Source: Lentisphaerales bacterium
GTDB taxonomy: Bacteria; Verrucomicrobiota; Kiritimatiellia; SPBP01
Direction of reading: 5' to 3'
Length of the DNA stretch: 54,837 bases
NCBI GenBank assembly: GCA_032123355.1
Contig: JAQBFM010000079.1
Coordinates: 1-54,837, forward strand
The translations under genes were made by a program, and so were the position numbers. The notes beneath the pieces were generated by a model. The model saw only the letters and a program-made list of their open reading frames with translations, made no database searches and was not told the DNA's origin. Shown here in pieces: positions 39,057-47,712 of the stretch (its first letter is position 1; every line of letters begins with the position of its first letter).

Positions 39057-40238
39057 ATGAGAGTAATTCTACTTGTCCTCGACTCAGTGGGCATAGGGCA
39101 GGCACCCGATGCTGAAGACTATGGAGATGCAGGTGCCAATACCCTCGCGCATCTTGCCGAAGCCGACGGCGCGCTCGCCCTACCCTGCCTGCAACGCATG
39201 GGACTCGGGAACATACCGCCGCTTCTCCCCCATGGCTGCCCCATAGCGGGAGTTCCGCCCGTCGCAACACCGACTGCGCACTATGGAGCAATGCGAGAAG
39301 TCTCATCAGGCAAGGACACTACAACCGGGCACTGGGAAATGGCAGGACTGCGAATCGATAAAGGTTTCCACGTCTTTCCACCCGGCAAACCATCCTTCCC
39401 GGCCTCACTGACCGCGGAGTTCGAAAAGCTGACCGGCCGCAGCATCCAGGGCAACCGCGCCGCAAGCGGCACAAAGATTATCGACGAGCTGGGAGAACGC
39501 CAGATGGCGGAAGGTTTCTGGATCGTTTACACCAGCGCCGACTCGGTATTCCAGATCGCTGCGCACGAGGAAATCATTCCGCTGGAGGAGCTTTATGACG
39601 CATGCCTGACTGCACGGCGACTATGCGATCCGTTTCGGGTCGGACGGATCATCGCCCGTCCATACAGGGGTGTTCCCGGAAACTTCAAGCGCACCACGAA
39701 TCGACGTGACTTCTCCATGGTGCCGCCGGACCCCACCATAATGGACAGGTTGCTTCAATCCGGAATCAAGACGATCAGTGTCGGCAAGATTGACGACGTA
39801 TTTGCAGGCCGTGGCTTCGCACAGGTCTTTCACAACGAAGACACCGCTTCATCCCAGGTCTCGTTAACCTCGATCGTGGCCGATGAGCACAAGCACTGCT
39901 TCATATTCGCCAACTTCATAGACTTCGACATGCTGTACGGTCACCGGCGAGACCCCAGCGGCTATGCGCGTGCACTCGAGAAGACCGATGCCTATCTCTC
40001 CGGTCTGCTGCCGATGCTGAAACCCGACGACGTGCTGATTCTGACCGCCGATCACGGCAACGACCCCACTTTCTCCGGAACGGACCACACCCGTGAATTC
40101 GTTCCGCTCCTGGTTTATTCGACCCGTGGGCCGCACGTCAGGAACCTCGGAATCAGGGACGGATTCTACGACGTCGCGCAATCCGTGGCCGCATGCTTCG
40201 GGCTTGATCCCATCCCTAACGGCAAAAGCTTCCTGTGA
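39057..40238 (+). CDS. deoB: Phosphopentomutase
   Basis: LVLDSVGIG, GKDTTTGHWE, YTSADSVFQIAAHE, VGKIDD, DFDMLYGHRRD, TADHGNDPT, DHTRE. Confidence 0.97.
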   Translation: MRVILLVLDSVGIGQAPDAEDYGDAGANTLAHLAEADGALALPCLQRMGLGNIPPLLPHGCPIAGVPPVATPTAHYGAMREVSSGKDTTTGHWEMAGLRIDKGFHVFPPGKPSFPASLTAEFEKLTGRSIQGNRAASGTKIIDELGERQMAEGFWIVYTSADSVFQIAAHEEIIPLEELYDACLTARRLCDPFRVGRIIARPYRGVPGNFKRTTNRRDFSMVPPDPTIMDRLLQSGIKTISVGKIDDVFAGRGFAQVFHNEDTASSQVSLTSIVADEHKHCFIFANFIDFDMLYGHRRDPSGYARALEKTDAYLSGLLPMLKPDDVLILTADHGNDPTFSGTDHTREFVPLLVYSTRGPHVRNLGIRDGFYDVAQSVAACFGLDPIPNGKSFL

Positions 40239-40245
40239 GTTATGA

Positions 40246-41142
40246 TCACGCCGCAGATGTACCGGGCATTTTCAGATGTTCGGGTATTGCTGGCATTGCA
40301 CCTGGCTGAGTGCAGACGTAAGCCGCAAGCTCAGCCGCGTGCGCATGCAAGTCCTTCAGCGGACGGCCAGCCAGCAACCCCATCACCAGTGCCGCCGTGA
40401 AGGCATCACCCGCACCAACGGTGTCGACAACAGAGACCTTCGCCGGACCAAGTTCGCTTCGGTCGGATCCCGACATCACCACGCTTCCCTGGTCCCCCTT
40501 CGTCAGAGCAACGACCTTCAGTCCAAACTTCTCAATCAACCCGTGCATCACATACTCCTCAGCGCCATCCAGGGCAAGGAGCTCAGCGATAACGGGCAAT
40601 TCCTCCTCATTGCATTTCAGAACGTCACTCATGGCTACCGTCGTTGCTATTGTCTCCTGACTGAAATACGACTGACGCAGATTCACATCGAACACCTTCA
40701 GTGCATCACTGCCCGAACACTTGATTACTGCCCTGACAGCATCGCGAGAAACACTGTTTCGTTGGGACAGCGATCCGTAGCAGATTACGGAAGCACCGGC
40801 GGCAACATCCCTTAGACAATCAGTGGCGGCGATAAAATCCCACGCCACATTCTCGTGGATCACGTACCGTGGTTTGCCGGCAGAATCGAGTTCAACACTG
40901 ACAGTGCCCGTAGCGTGAAGAGGATCCACGTCGACACACGACACATCCAGCCCTGCCTCCGACAGCTCACGAAGAAGATCCTCGCCGTCCTCATCGTTAC
41001 CGACGCGACTCAAGACATAAGCTTCTGCGCCAAGTGCAAGGCAATGGTAGGCAAAATTGCATGGTGCACCACCCAGTTTACGGCCGGCAGGCAGAAGATC
41101 CCACAGCACCTCTCCAACACCAACTACAACGATCCGGTCCAT
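40246..41142 (-). CDS. PfkB family carbohydrate kinase (fructokinase-like)
   Basis: GEVLWD, GGAP.NFA, FDVNLRQ, DTVGAGDAF. Confidence 0.92.
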   Translation of the reverse strand: MDRIVVVGVGEVLWDLLPAGRKLGGAPCNFAYHCLALGAEAYVLSRVGNDEDGEDLLRELSEAGLDVSCVDVDPLHATGTVSVELDSAGKPRYVIHENVAWDFIAATDCLRDVAAGASVICYGSLSQRNSVSRDAVRAVIKCSGSDALKVFDVNLRQSYFSQETIATTVAMSDVLKCNEEELPVIAELLALDGAEEYVMHGLIEKFGLKVVALTKGDQGSVVMSGSDRSELGPAKVSVVDTVGAGDAFTAALVMGLLAGRPLKDLHAHAAELAAYVCTQPGAMPAIPEHLKMPGTSAA

Positions 41143-41174
41143 GCCTCCCCCGCATACTCCTGAAGCCGTGCCAC

Positions 41175-42212
41175 TCAGGCGTGAATCATGGCTTTCACAA
41201 CGCCATCACGATAGCCCGCAACGAGCTCGAATGCTTCAGGGGCCTCATCAAGTGCAAAGTGGTGCGTAATCATGAAATCAACATTGATCCCACCACAGTC
41301 GATCAAGTCCAGAGCTGTCTCGACACAGTCGCACTGCCTGCGAATGTTGATGATGCTGATTTCTCTCCTCCGGATCTTCTCTATCTCGAACTGGATAGAC
41401 GCTATCTCTGGGATGCCGGCAATGAGCAGCGTTCCACCCGGCTTCAGAAGTTCCACAGCCTGGTCTATCGCCTCCTGCTTCCCACAACATTCGAATACAG
41501 CGTCCAGCCCCAGGGGCTCACGCCCAAGAATCCCTGCCACCACATCCTCTTTATCAACATTGCCGGCCCAGCTTGCACCGCCGGCATTACGCGCAATGTC
41601 GACACGTTCATCGATCTTGTCCGTAACGTAGGTGGACCTCACCCCGTCTGCCCGCGCCGCCAGCAGCACCGACAACCCGATCGGGCCGGCACCCAGTATT
41701 CCTATCGCCGCATCCTGCGTTCGGCCAAAACGCCTGAACGTGTAAACTCCGATCGACAGGGGTTCAGCAATTGCTGCCCGATCGAGACCGATCGAGTTTC
41801 CAACCGGGAAACAGCTGCCCTCGGGCATAACGATGTACTCACATAGACATCCTTCCGATTCTCCGGGACATCCAAGAAACGTCAGGGCTCGGCATGTGTT
41901 GGATCTTCCGGCTTTGCACTGATCACATTCGCCACACGAGATTGCCGGATCAACCGCGATCCGGTCACCAGGCTTCAGGATGGTGACCGCTCCGCCAACC
42001 TTCTCGACCGTTCCGGAACATTCGTGACCTACCCGGAACGGGTATTCGACGCGCATCTTCCCGATATGGCCGGAAACATGATAGTGCACATCCGAACCGC
42101 ACACGCCCACCGACCCGACCCTGATGAGGACTTCTTTGTCATGCTTCAACTCGGGCGTTGGAACATCCCGTATTTCCATCTGCCTTAAACCCGTCAGCAC
42201 CGCAGCCTTCAC
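41175..42212 (-). CDS. Zinc-dependent alcohol/polyol dehydrogenase (sorbitol/threonine DH-like)
   Basis: CGSDVH, GHE, CGECDQC...C structural zinc, GAGPIG Rossmann motif. Confidence 0.92.
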   Translation of the reverse strand: MKAAVLTGLRQMEIRDVPTPELKHDKEVLIRVGSVGVCGSDVHYHVSGHIGKMRVEYPFRVGHECSGTVEKVGGAVTILKPGDRIAVDPAISCGECDQCKAGRSNTCRALTFLGCPGESEGCLCEYIVMPEGSCFPVGNSIGLDRAAIAEPLSIGVYTFRRFGRTQDAAIGILGAGPIGLSVLLAARADGVRSTYVTDKIDERVDIARNAGGASWAGNVDKEDVVAGILGREPLGLDAVFECCGKQEAIDQAVELLKPGGTLLIAGIPEIASIQFEIEKIRRREISIINIRRQCDCVETALDLIDCGGINVDFMITHHFALDEAPEAFELVAGYRDGVVKAMIHA

Positions 42213-42301
42213 CAGACACCACCCCTTTCATATCCCCGCTTGCCGCAGCTCAGCGCCGGCACGAACCACGACGAAACTGCCGCCACACCACCGACTTTCT
42301 T

Positions 42302-42418
42302 TCACCATGAAGAACATGAAGAGCATGAAGGGTCGAAGAACAGGGCTTGCGGTCCATCCTTGATCATCCCGCACTGAATCTCACCAGGAACAACCTCTCT
42401 TCATGACCTTCATGGTGA
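42302..42418. repeat. 22-bp inverted repeat built from 9-bp catgaag units
   Basis: tcaccatgaagaacatgaagag (42302-42323) vs reverse complement of 42397-42418 tcaccatgaaggtcatgaagag (20/22). Confidence 0.85.
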
Positions 42419-42453
42419 GATAATAGTGGCGAGAATACGCAGTGCGCACGCAA

Positions 42454-43467
42454 TCAGTTACTGCCGGTCCATGGCTGGAACCCGAGCTGACGCGCCACAT
42501 CCTCTTCCATGTATGTGCCGTGCCCCTTGCCGTAGAACTCAGAATCCTTTCGAAAATATATTCCGCTCCGCTGGTTGACCCACACATCACCTGGATCGCC
42601 AGCATGCGGAGACACCGCGGGTCCCGTCCGCCCGCCACCACCACCACCACCACCACCGCCCCCTTTCGAGCTGGTGGTCTCGGCCTGCTTCTTCTGCCAG
42701 ATCGTCCCCTGTGTCGATTCCAGCTCGTTCTCGGCCCCGTCCGGCAACTCACGCAGGAAATCCAGACCTGTAGCACCTTCAACCTTATCTATTGAGCACA
42801 CGTATCGTTCAATGCTTCCCGACGCGTTCATCGGAAGGAGGAATGCCACCGGCAGCATGATGTCAGCTTCCTTGCGCAGGACGATCTTAAAAAGACCTTC
42901 AGGAACGGCAATACGGCCGCGATCTGTTCGTTTCGGCGATTCACCGAGCACGGGCCCGGTCATTACCCATACCTCACCGTATTCCTTCGCCCAATCCCTC
43001 ACCCGCTCCTCTATATCGTGCCATACCTTGAGGAACCCCTCACCCGGCTCGATCGCGACCACGTTCGCAAGCGAATAGGACATCTTTTCCGTGCCCTCGC
43101 CTCTACCGAGGCTGTCCAGCGGCGAAAGCAGCTGAAGCGTTTCGTATCCCGACGCTTCTATGTCGCCATCTGTCGCTGAACGAAGGCCTTTTTCGACAAT
43201 GATCGGATCTACGAAATACTTGTGCTGCTTCACGAGTTGCCCGCCGGTGCAATACATGGGCGTCAAGTGATACGCCACGCAAACCGGCGTCCTCAACGTC
43301 GAGCTGTATCCGGAATAGTATGCATTGTGCGAAATCGGATACCCACCCCTCGGGCGTCCGAAAAGCACGTGCTCGCTTTCGTTGTCCTTGTCGCCCTCAA
43401 GCTCCTGTGCAAACACTGGAGCCACAAATGCCGCTACGAACAACAGCGCCGATAGAACCTTTTTCAT
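42454..43467 (-). CDS. Secreted DNA/RNA non-specific endonuclease-fold protein with degenerate active site, poly-Gly linker and small C-terminal domain
   Basis: Signal peptide; Y..GYS..LR.P..VAYHL, F..DP, W..IE..VRDWA..YGEVWV.TGP, P..LFKIV, AFLLP, SID.VE..TGLDF scaffold; SGY-ETLQ in place of SGY-DRGH. Confidence 0.82.
   Translation of the reverse strand: MKKVLSALLFVAAFVAPVFAQELEGDKDNESEHVLFGRPRGGYPISHNAYYSGYSSTLRTPVCVAYHLTPMYCTGGQLVKQHKYFVDPIIVEKGLRSATDGDIEASGYETLQLLSPLDSLGRGEGTEKMSYSLANVVAIEPGEGFLKVWHDIEERVRDWAKEYGEVWVMTGPVLGESPKRTDRGRIAVPEGLFKIVLRKEADIMLPVAFLLPMNASGSIERYVCSIDKVEGATGLDFLRELPDGAENELESTQGTIWQKKQAETTSSKGGGGGGGGGGGRTGPAVSPHAGDPGDVWVNQRSGIYFRKDSEFYGKGHGTYMEEDVARQLGFQPWTGSN
42631..42663 (-). 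repeat. Glycine codon run (11 Gly, 7 x GGT)
   Basis: ggg ggc (ggt)7 ggc ggg on the minus strand. Confidence 0.95.
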
Positions 43468-43512
43468 ATCTGTACTCCTCCTTCATACGTCCTGGTATCA
43501 ACATCCATTATC

Positions 43513-44571
43513 TCACCGCACCTGCCACAAATACATCAGTCTTGATTGCACCTGGTGCCCGTCTATTCTCAGATCAAGGCCAGGCCTGGCAAAACTCTTC
43601 AAAAGCGAAGAAAGCCCCAATTCATGGTCGTAACGCAACACCTTCACATTTTCGACGTCCAGCATTCCGCAAAGCCGCGCAACCGCATCGTCCCAGTACC
43701 CGATCTCATCAATGAGCCTGCAATCGAGAGCCTTTGAAGCCGACAGCACGCAACCATCCGCTATCTCCTTTACCTCTTCGACGGTTAACCCGGGCCGCCC
43801 ATTCACAATCAATTCAACAAATCGCTCATACATCTCGTCGACCATCTCCTGCAGCATCGCCCGCTGTGACTCCGTCAGGTCTTCGAAGGGACTCAGAAGG
43901 TTCTTGTTCTCACCCGACTTAACGGTCTCCATGCGTACGCCGTATTCGTCACCAAGCCCTTTTATGTTCAGCTTGCTTATCATCACGCCGATCGAGCCCG
44001 TCAACGTCGTGGGATGTGCAATGATGTAATCGGCAGCCACTGCAACATAGTATCCGCCCGAGGCTGCCAGGTCGCCCATGATTGCGATCACTTGCCTGCC
44101 GGCCTGTTCAGCCTTGAAATCCATGACAGCCCTGTGAAGAAGGTCCGAGGCAGTGATGCTGCCACCGGGACTATCTATCTCAAGAATCAGGCCCTTGATC
44201 TCAGGGTCCTTCGTTGCCGCTCGTATCTGCCGCAGCGCCTTCTCGACCGGCCCCTCCTCACTGAACCATCCTGCGTCTTCCTCTGAAGAAACCAGCACAC
44301 CCCGCACCGGAATGCGGACAACACTCACATCGCCACTTCCGTATGACCAGACGGCACGCAACGACGGCACGTCGTCAACCCCTGCATCCGTCCCGCCCTT
44401 CCGTGCGCCTATGATCGCAAAGACTGCAACAAACAGAAGCACCGTAGCGAACGCCGAGGCGATCGGCGATACCAGGCCCATTGTCAGTCCCCACAGGCAG
44501 CCAGTTCGGCCGCCCGGCTCCCGTGCCCTGCGCCTGGGGATTGGTGGTATAGATTCAGAACAATCATTCAT
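43513..44571 (-). CDS. sppA: Signal peptide peptidase SppA (S49)
   Basis: IDSPGGS, AASGGYY (catalytic Ser), TLTGSIGV, KSGENK; N-terminal TM. Confidence 0.92.
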   Translation of the reverse strand: MNDCSESIPPIPRRRAREPGGRTGCLWGLTMGLVSPIASAFATVLLFVAVFAIIGARKGGTDAGVDDVPSLRAVWSYGSGDVSVVRIPVRGVLVSSEEDAGWFSEEGPVEKALRQIRAATKDPEIKGLILEIDSPGGSITASDLLHRAVMDFKAEQAGRQVIAIMGDLAASGGYYVAVAADYIIAHPTTLTGSIGVMISKLNIKGLGDEYGVRMETVKSGENKNLLSPFEDLTESQRAMLQEMVDEMYERFVELIVNGRPGLTVEEVKEIADGCVLSASKALDCRLIDEIGYWDDAVARLCGMLDVENVKVLRYDHELGLSSLLKSFARPGLDLRIDGHQVQSRLMYLWQVR

Positions 44572-44622
44572 TATGCAACATCCTATCGCATGCACAGCCA
44601 AAGTTCAAGTGACGAACCGATC

Positions 44623-45768
44623 TCAACCCGCTTTTCCATCAGGCTCCGCCCCTGGCCGAATGGGCTTCCGCAGCTTTCCGTACAGCCCGAGCAGGAAATC
44701 GCGGTTGTCAGCCCTCGCATACCGCGTCGTTCCTCCCATTCGATTGAACGTCTTCAGGTATCTCCTGTAGTAGGACGGATCTGATGAAGCAGGTTCGGAT
44801 CCCGAGCTCCATCCTTTACCTGCCGGCGCAAGATCTATGACCGCAGTCCATAAATCGTTGATGTGTTCGCCCTTTGCGATGTGCAGATTCTGACACATCG
44901 ACAGCGCCTTTTCGAATATCATGGGTGACATCACCGCAGAACCGATCGATATGTATGCGCCGCCATCAAGTCGGTTCACACCCTCGGCGAACGCCAGAAA
45001 GTCCCGGAGTCCGGTCCTCCCGATGGCAGCCCCGCTATTCAACGGATGTGTATATATGATGTCGTGTCCTATCATCGGCAATCCGAAGAATGGTATCCCC
45101 AGTCGAAATGCCGCCGCCTGGACACTCAGGTGCTTGAACTTGTGCGGTATCTCGTGACGGCCCGGCCTGACATTCAGCCCCGTCATGATCGTGAGCAGAT
45201 CCGATGCGGCCGCGCTGCAGGCCGGGTCCGACTCCAGGTTGGCCGTTATTTCCTGTCTCAACGTCCCGGACTCGGGAAGGTTGAGACACTCCTGTTCAAT
45301 CATCGCACCAACCGACTCCCCGTAGCCCATGCCCAGGTACGCGCCAACGCCGATGGCCAGGTTGATGTAGCGACCGGTTTCCTCCCAGATTCCGAACCGG
45401 CCGGCATCGACATTTTCCTTTACGTCTTCCCCGGTCTCTCCCTGGTACGCCAGTTCCCAGTCATGAATGACCCCCGCCCCGTTCGTCGCCAGGTGCGTCA
45501 CCCATCCATCATCCATCAACTTGATAAGGAGCGGTCCCAGCCCGTTCTTGATCGTGTGCGCACCGAACGTCAGCATTACAGGCCTGCCATTCTTCTTCGC
45601 AGCAACCACGCGCTCAACCGTCTCGTCAACGAGCAAACGAGCCGCCCTCGAGAGACCGCGCGGCTTGGCATCGACTGGAACCATGTCCGTAGCGGCGAAC
45701 ACCCGGTTCCTTCGTTCCGACAGTGGCCTGATTCTCAAAGCCTTTCTATCGAGTTGTTTGTGTGGCAC
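44623..45768 (-). CDS. Deoxyhypusine synthase-like (DHS-like NAD-binding fold) protein of unknown function
   Basis: LTFGAH.IK.GL, HLATNGAG.IHD.E, IGHDI, IGSAV..P..FEKAL; GTG start after SD aggag. Confidence 0.65.
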   Translation of the reverse strand: MPHKQLDRKALRIRPLSERRNRVFAATDMVPVDAKPRGLSRAARLLVDETVERVVAAKKNGRPVMLTFGAHTIKNGLGPLLIKLMDDGWVTHLATNGAGVIHDWELAYQGETGEDVKENVDAGRFGIWEETGRYINLAIGVGAYLGMGYGESVGAMIEQECLNLPESGTLRQEITANLESDPACSAAASDLLTIMTGLNVRPGRHEIPHKFKHLSVQAAAFRLGIPFFGLPMIGHDIIYTHPLNSGAAIGRTGLRDFLAFAEGVNRLDGGAYISIGSAVMSPMIFEKALSMCQNLHIAKGEHINDLWTAVIDLAPAGKGWSSGSEPASSDPSYYRRYLKTFNRMGGTTRYARADNRDFLLGLYGKLRKPIRPGAEPDGKAG

Positions 45769-45864
45769 TTCGCAACTCCTCAACCCTTTAGCCAAACTCA
45801 ACATCGCGGACCCATCAATCCGCTTGCCAATCCGTGTACGTCAGGCTAACCTGAATCATCTGGA

Positions 45865-45923
45865 CTAGCAGACCTGGGCCTTTGTGACCTGCGCAGCATG
45901 GCGCAAAGGCCTGGGTCTGCTAG
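45865..45923. repeat. CTAG-bounded palindromic mini-element, copy 3
   Basis: ctagcagacctgggcctttg ... caaaggcctgggtctgctag, a 20-bp stem with two G-U pairs, 16 bp upstream of tRNA-Arg. Confidence 0.8.
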
Positions 45924-45939
45924 CTTCGCAATCCACTAT

Positions 45940-46016
45940 GCCCCCGTAGCTCAGCTGTATAGAGCAGCGGCCTTCTAAGCCGCGGGTCGCAGGTTAGAGT
46001 CCTGCCGGGGGTGCCA
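45940..46016 (+). tRNA. tRNA-Arg (anticodon TCT)
   Basis: Cloverleaf: acceptor gcccccg/cgggggt, D stem gctc/gagc, anticodon stem gcggc/gccgc with loop cttctaa, T stem gcagg/cctgc, A20, encoded CCA. Confidence 0.95.
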
Positions 46017-46031
46017 CCTGCGGTCACACCA

Positions 46032-46823
46032 CTATTCCGTTGACACCCCGTACTCATACCCTCTCATACGATCGTCCACCGGACTGATTATGCTGAAAGG
46101 CCGGGACTGACCCGCTGGAAGGCCCTCGCCCAGTACCGCGAAGGTCGAGTCCGACCGCAGCGGCTTCCCGTTAACGTCAAGCCAGTTCACGGTCACCTTG
46201 ATCTGCTTCACAATCTCCGTTCCGGTGTTCCTCACTTCAGCCTCAAAAGTCATGTACTTCTCATCGCTGCTCGAAGCCGCATTCTCGATCGCGATTGAAT
46301 AAGTCGGCTGGCTGATAGTCTCGAGTTCCGGCACTGCTCCGCCTTCGACCGGCGTGTCGTCGGTCTCTGTCATAGCGGCCGCTCTGGAATTGAACAATGC
46401 CATGGCCTGGGCGTGATTGGTCGTGTATGCGCGCAACTCAACAGTCTTCTCCGCATCCTGTGCCCATTCATACATGCCGCACGGATAAACCTGCTTATCA
46501 AAGGCATCCTTCAGTTCGTACTCTGACGGGTCCACATAGACAAAGATCTTTCTACTTGTGCGCAGGTAATACTTCCCGTCTACCTCCCACTTGAAGTAGC
46601 CGCGGTTACTCAGCTCCGCCGATGTCACTCGACGTTCCGCTTCATTCTGGTCCGACGCAAGCACAGGCACACGCTGGAGCACAACGCCGTCTTCCACCAC
46701 TGCCAGCACCGAAGCGCCCGGCACATCCCGCGCCCGAAGCAAGTCGGCGCCGCCGTCCGCGGCACCACACACGCGGGCACCAGCCCACAAGGCTATAAAC
46801 AGCACCAATGTGATTCTTTTCAT
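46032..46823 (-). CDS. Secreted protein with C-terminal FxLYD-like domain
   Basis: Signal peptide; C-terminal EAEVRNTG..VKQIKVTVNWLD.NGK.L..D...LPAGQSRPF. Confidence 0.65.
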   Translation of the reverse strand: MKRITLVLFIALWAGARVCGAADGGADLLRARDVPGASVLAVVEDGVVLQRVPVLASDQNEAERRVTSAELSNRGYFKWEVDGKYYLRTSRKIFVYVDPSEYELKDAFDKQVYPCGMYEWAQDAEKTVELRAYTTNHAQAMALFNSRAAAMTETDDTPVEGGAVPELETISQPTYSIAIENAASSSDEKYMTFEAEVRNTGTEIVKQIKVTVNWLDVNGKPLRSDSTFAVLGEGLPAGQSRPFSIISPVDDRMRGYEYGVSTE

Positions 46824-46827
46824 TCTA

Positions 46828-47640
46828 TCACCTCCCAATCAGAAGATATGTCTTCCATGCCATCTCAAGTTTCTCGATTGTCCCTGTTTCCGCAGGATAT
46901 GAAAGACGCAATCCTTCTTCTACGCAAGATCCATCCCTCATGCTGCGACAGAATTTCCCGAACCGATCAGAACCATGCTCCTCGATCAGGTAACCCACCA
47001 ACGCGATAGATTCCGCATAAAACGCAGTCACAAGCTCCTTATCATCACTCTTTCTAACGTCGATAGCCATCAGCTTTCTTAGCGGAATCAGCCTGTTTGC
47101 CCGGGCAAGCCGGACCGTCGCATCCCTGGCTTCTTTCCGACGACCCGCCTCTTCCCACATTGCGACCCCCTCATTGAGCCAGATCGGAACATCATCCCCC
47201 AGTCCCATGAATTCCCTGAACATAAGGTGTGCCATCTCGTGCGGGAGCACGCCATCAATGAAAGATGCCTCGCTCGCAACCCCGCTTATCTCCCGCTTAT
47301 CGTGGTTCGCCGCACCGACAGCCCAGTCCGGCGCAGCATTGTTCGCGGCAAAAGCTTCACGCGACTCAAACAACCGGATCGATACCCGCTTCTCCCAGAG
47401 CCAGAAACTGTCATGCCTCGTGAAGCCGAGATCCCTAGTGATCGTCTTGTAGTACTTCTCCGCTGCATTCAGCGTATCGCGCGCAGATCGTCCATTATTC
47501 GCGTAGTAGATCACGAAATGCTTTCCCTTCAGTTCCCGCCAGGCCTCCTCGCCAATTGCGGGTGTTGAAGATCCCACCAGTAGAAGGCAAAGCGCCTGCC
47601 TCGCCGCTGCCTTTGCCGCCATATGACACGTCTTATTCAT
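46828..47640 (-). CDS. Secreted peptidase MA family (gluzincin) metallopeptidase
   Basis: HEMAH (HExxH) followed by PIWLNEGVA; FY..S..LV.YL..G; start uncertain. Confidence 0.8.
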   Translation of the reverse strand: MNKTCHMAAKAAARQALCLLLVGSSTPAIGEEAWRELKGKHFVIYYANNGRSARDTLNAAEKYYKTITRDLGFTRHDSFWLWEKRVSIRLFESREAFAANNAAPDWAVGAANHDKREISGVASEASFIDGVLPHEMAHLMFREFMGLGDDVPIWLNEGVAMWEEAGRRKEARDATVRLARANRLIPLRKLMAIDVRKSDDKELVTAFYAESIALVGYLIEEHGSDRFGKFCRSMRDGSCVEEGLRLSYPAETGTIEKLEMAWKTYLLIGR

Positions 47641-47712
47641 TTCTTTCAACTGAACGATCGCGGTTCAGGCTCAGGCCCACATACTCAACAATTAAGGCCC
47701 GTCGGCTCGCAC

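Noticed and set aside
45940-46100. tRNA-anchored prophage or genomic island
   Set aside because: No integrase, no duplicated tRNA 3' end in the window, and flanking genes look chromosomal
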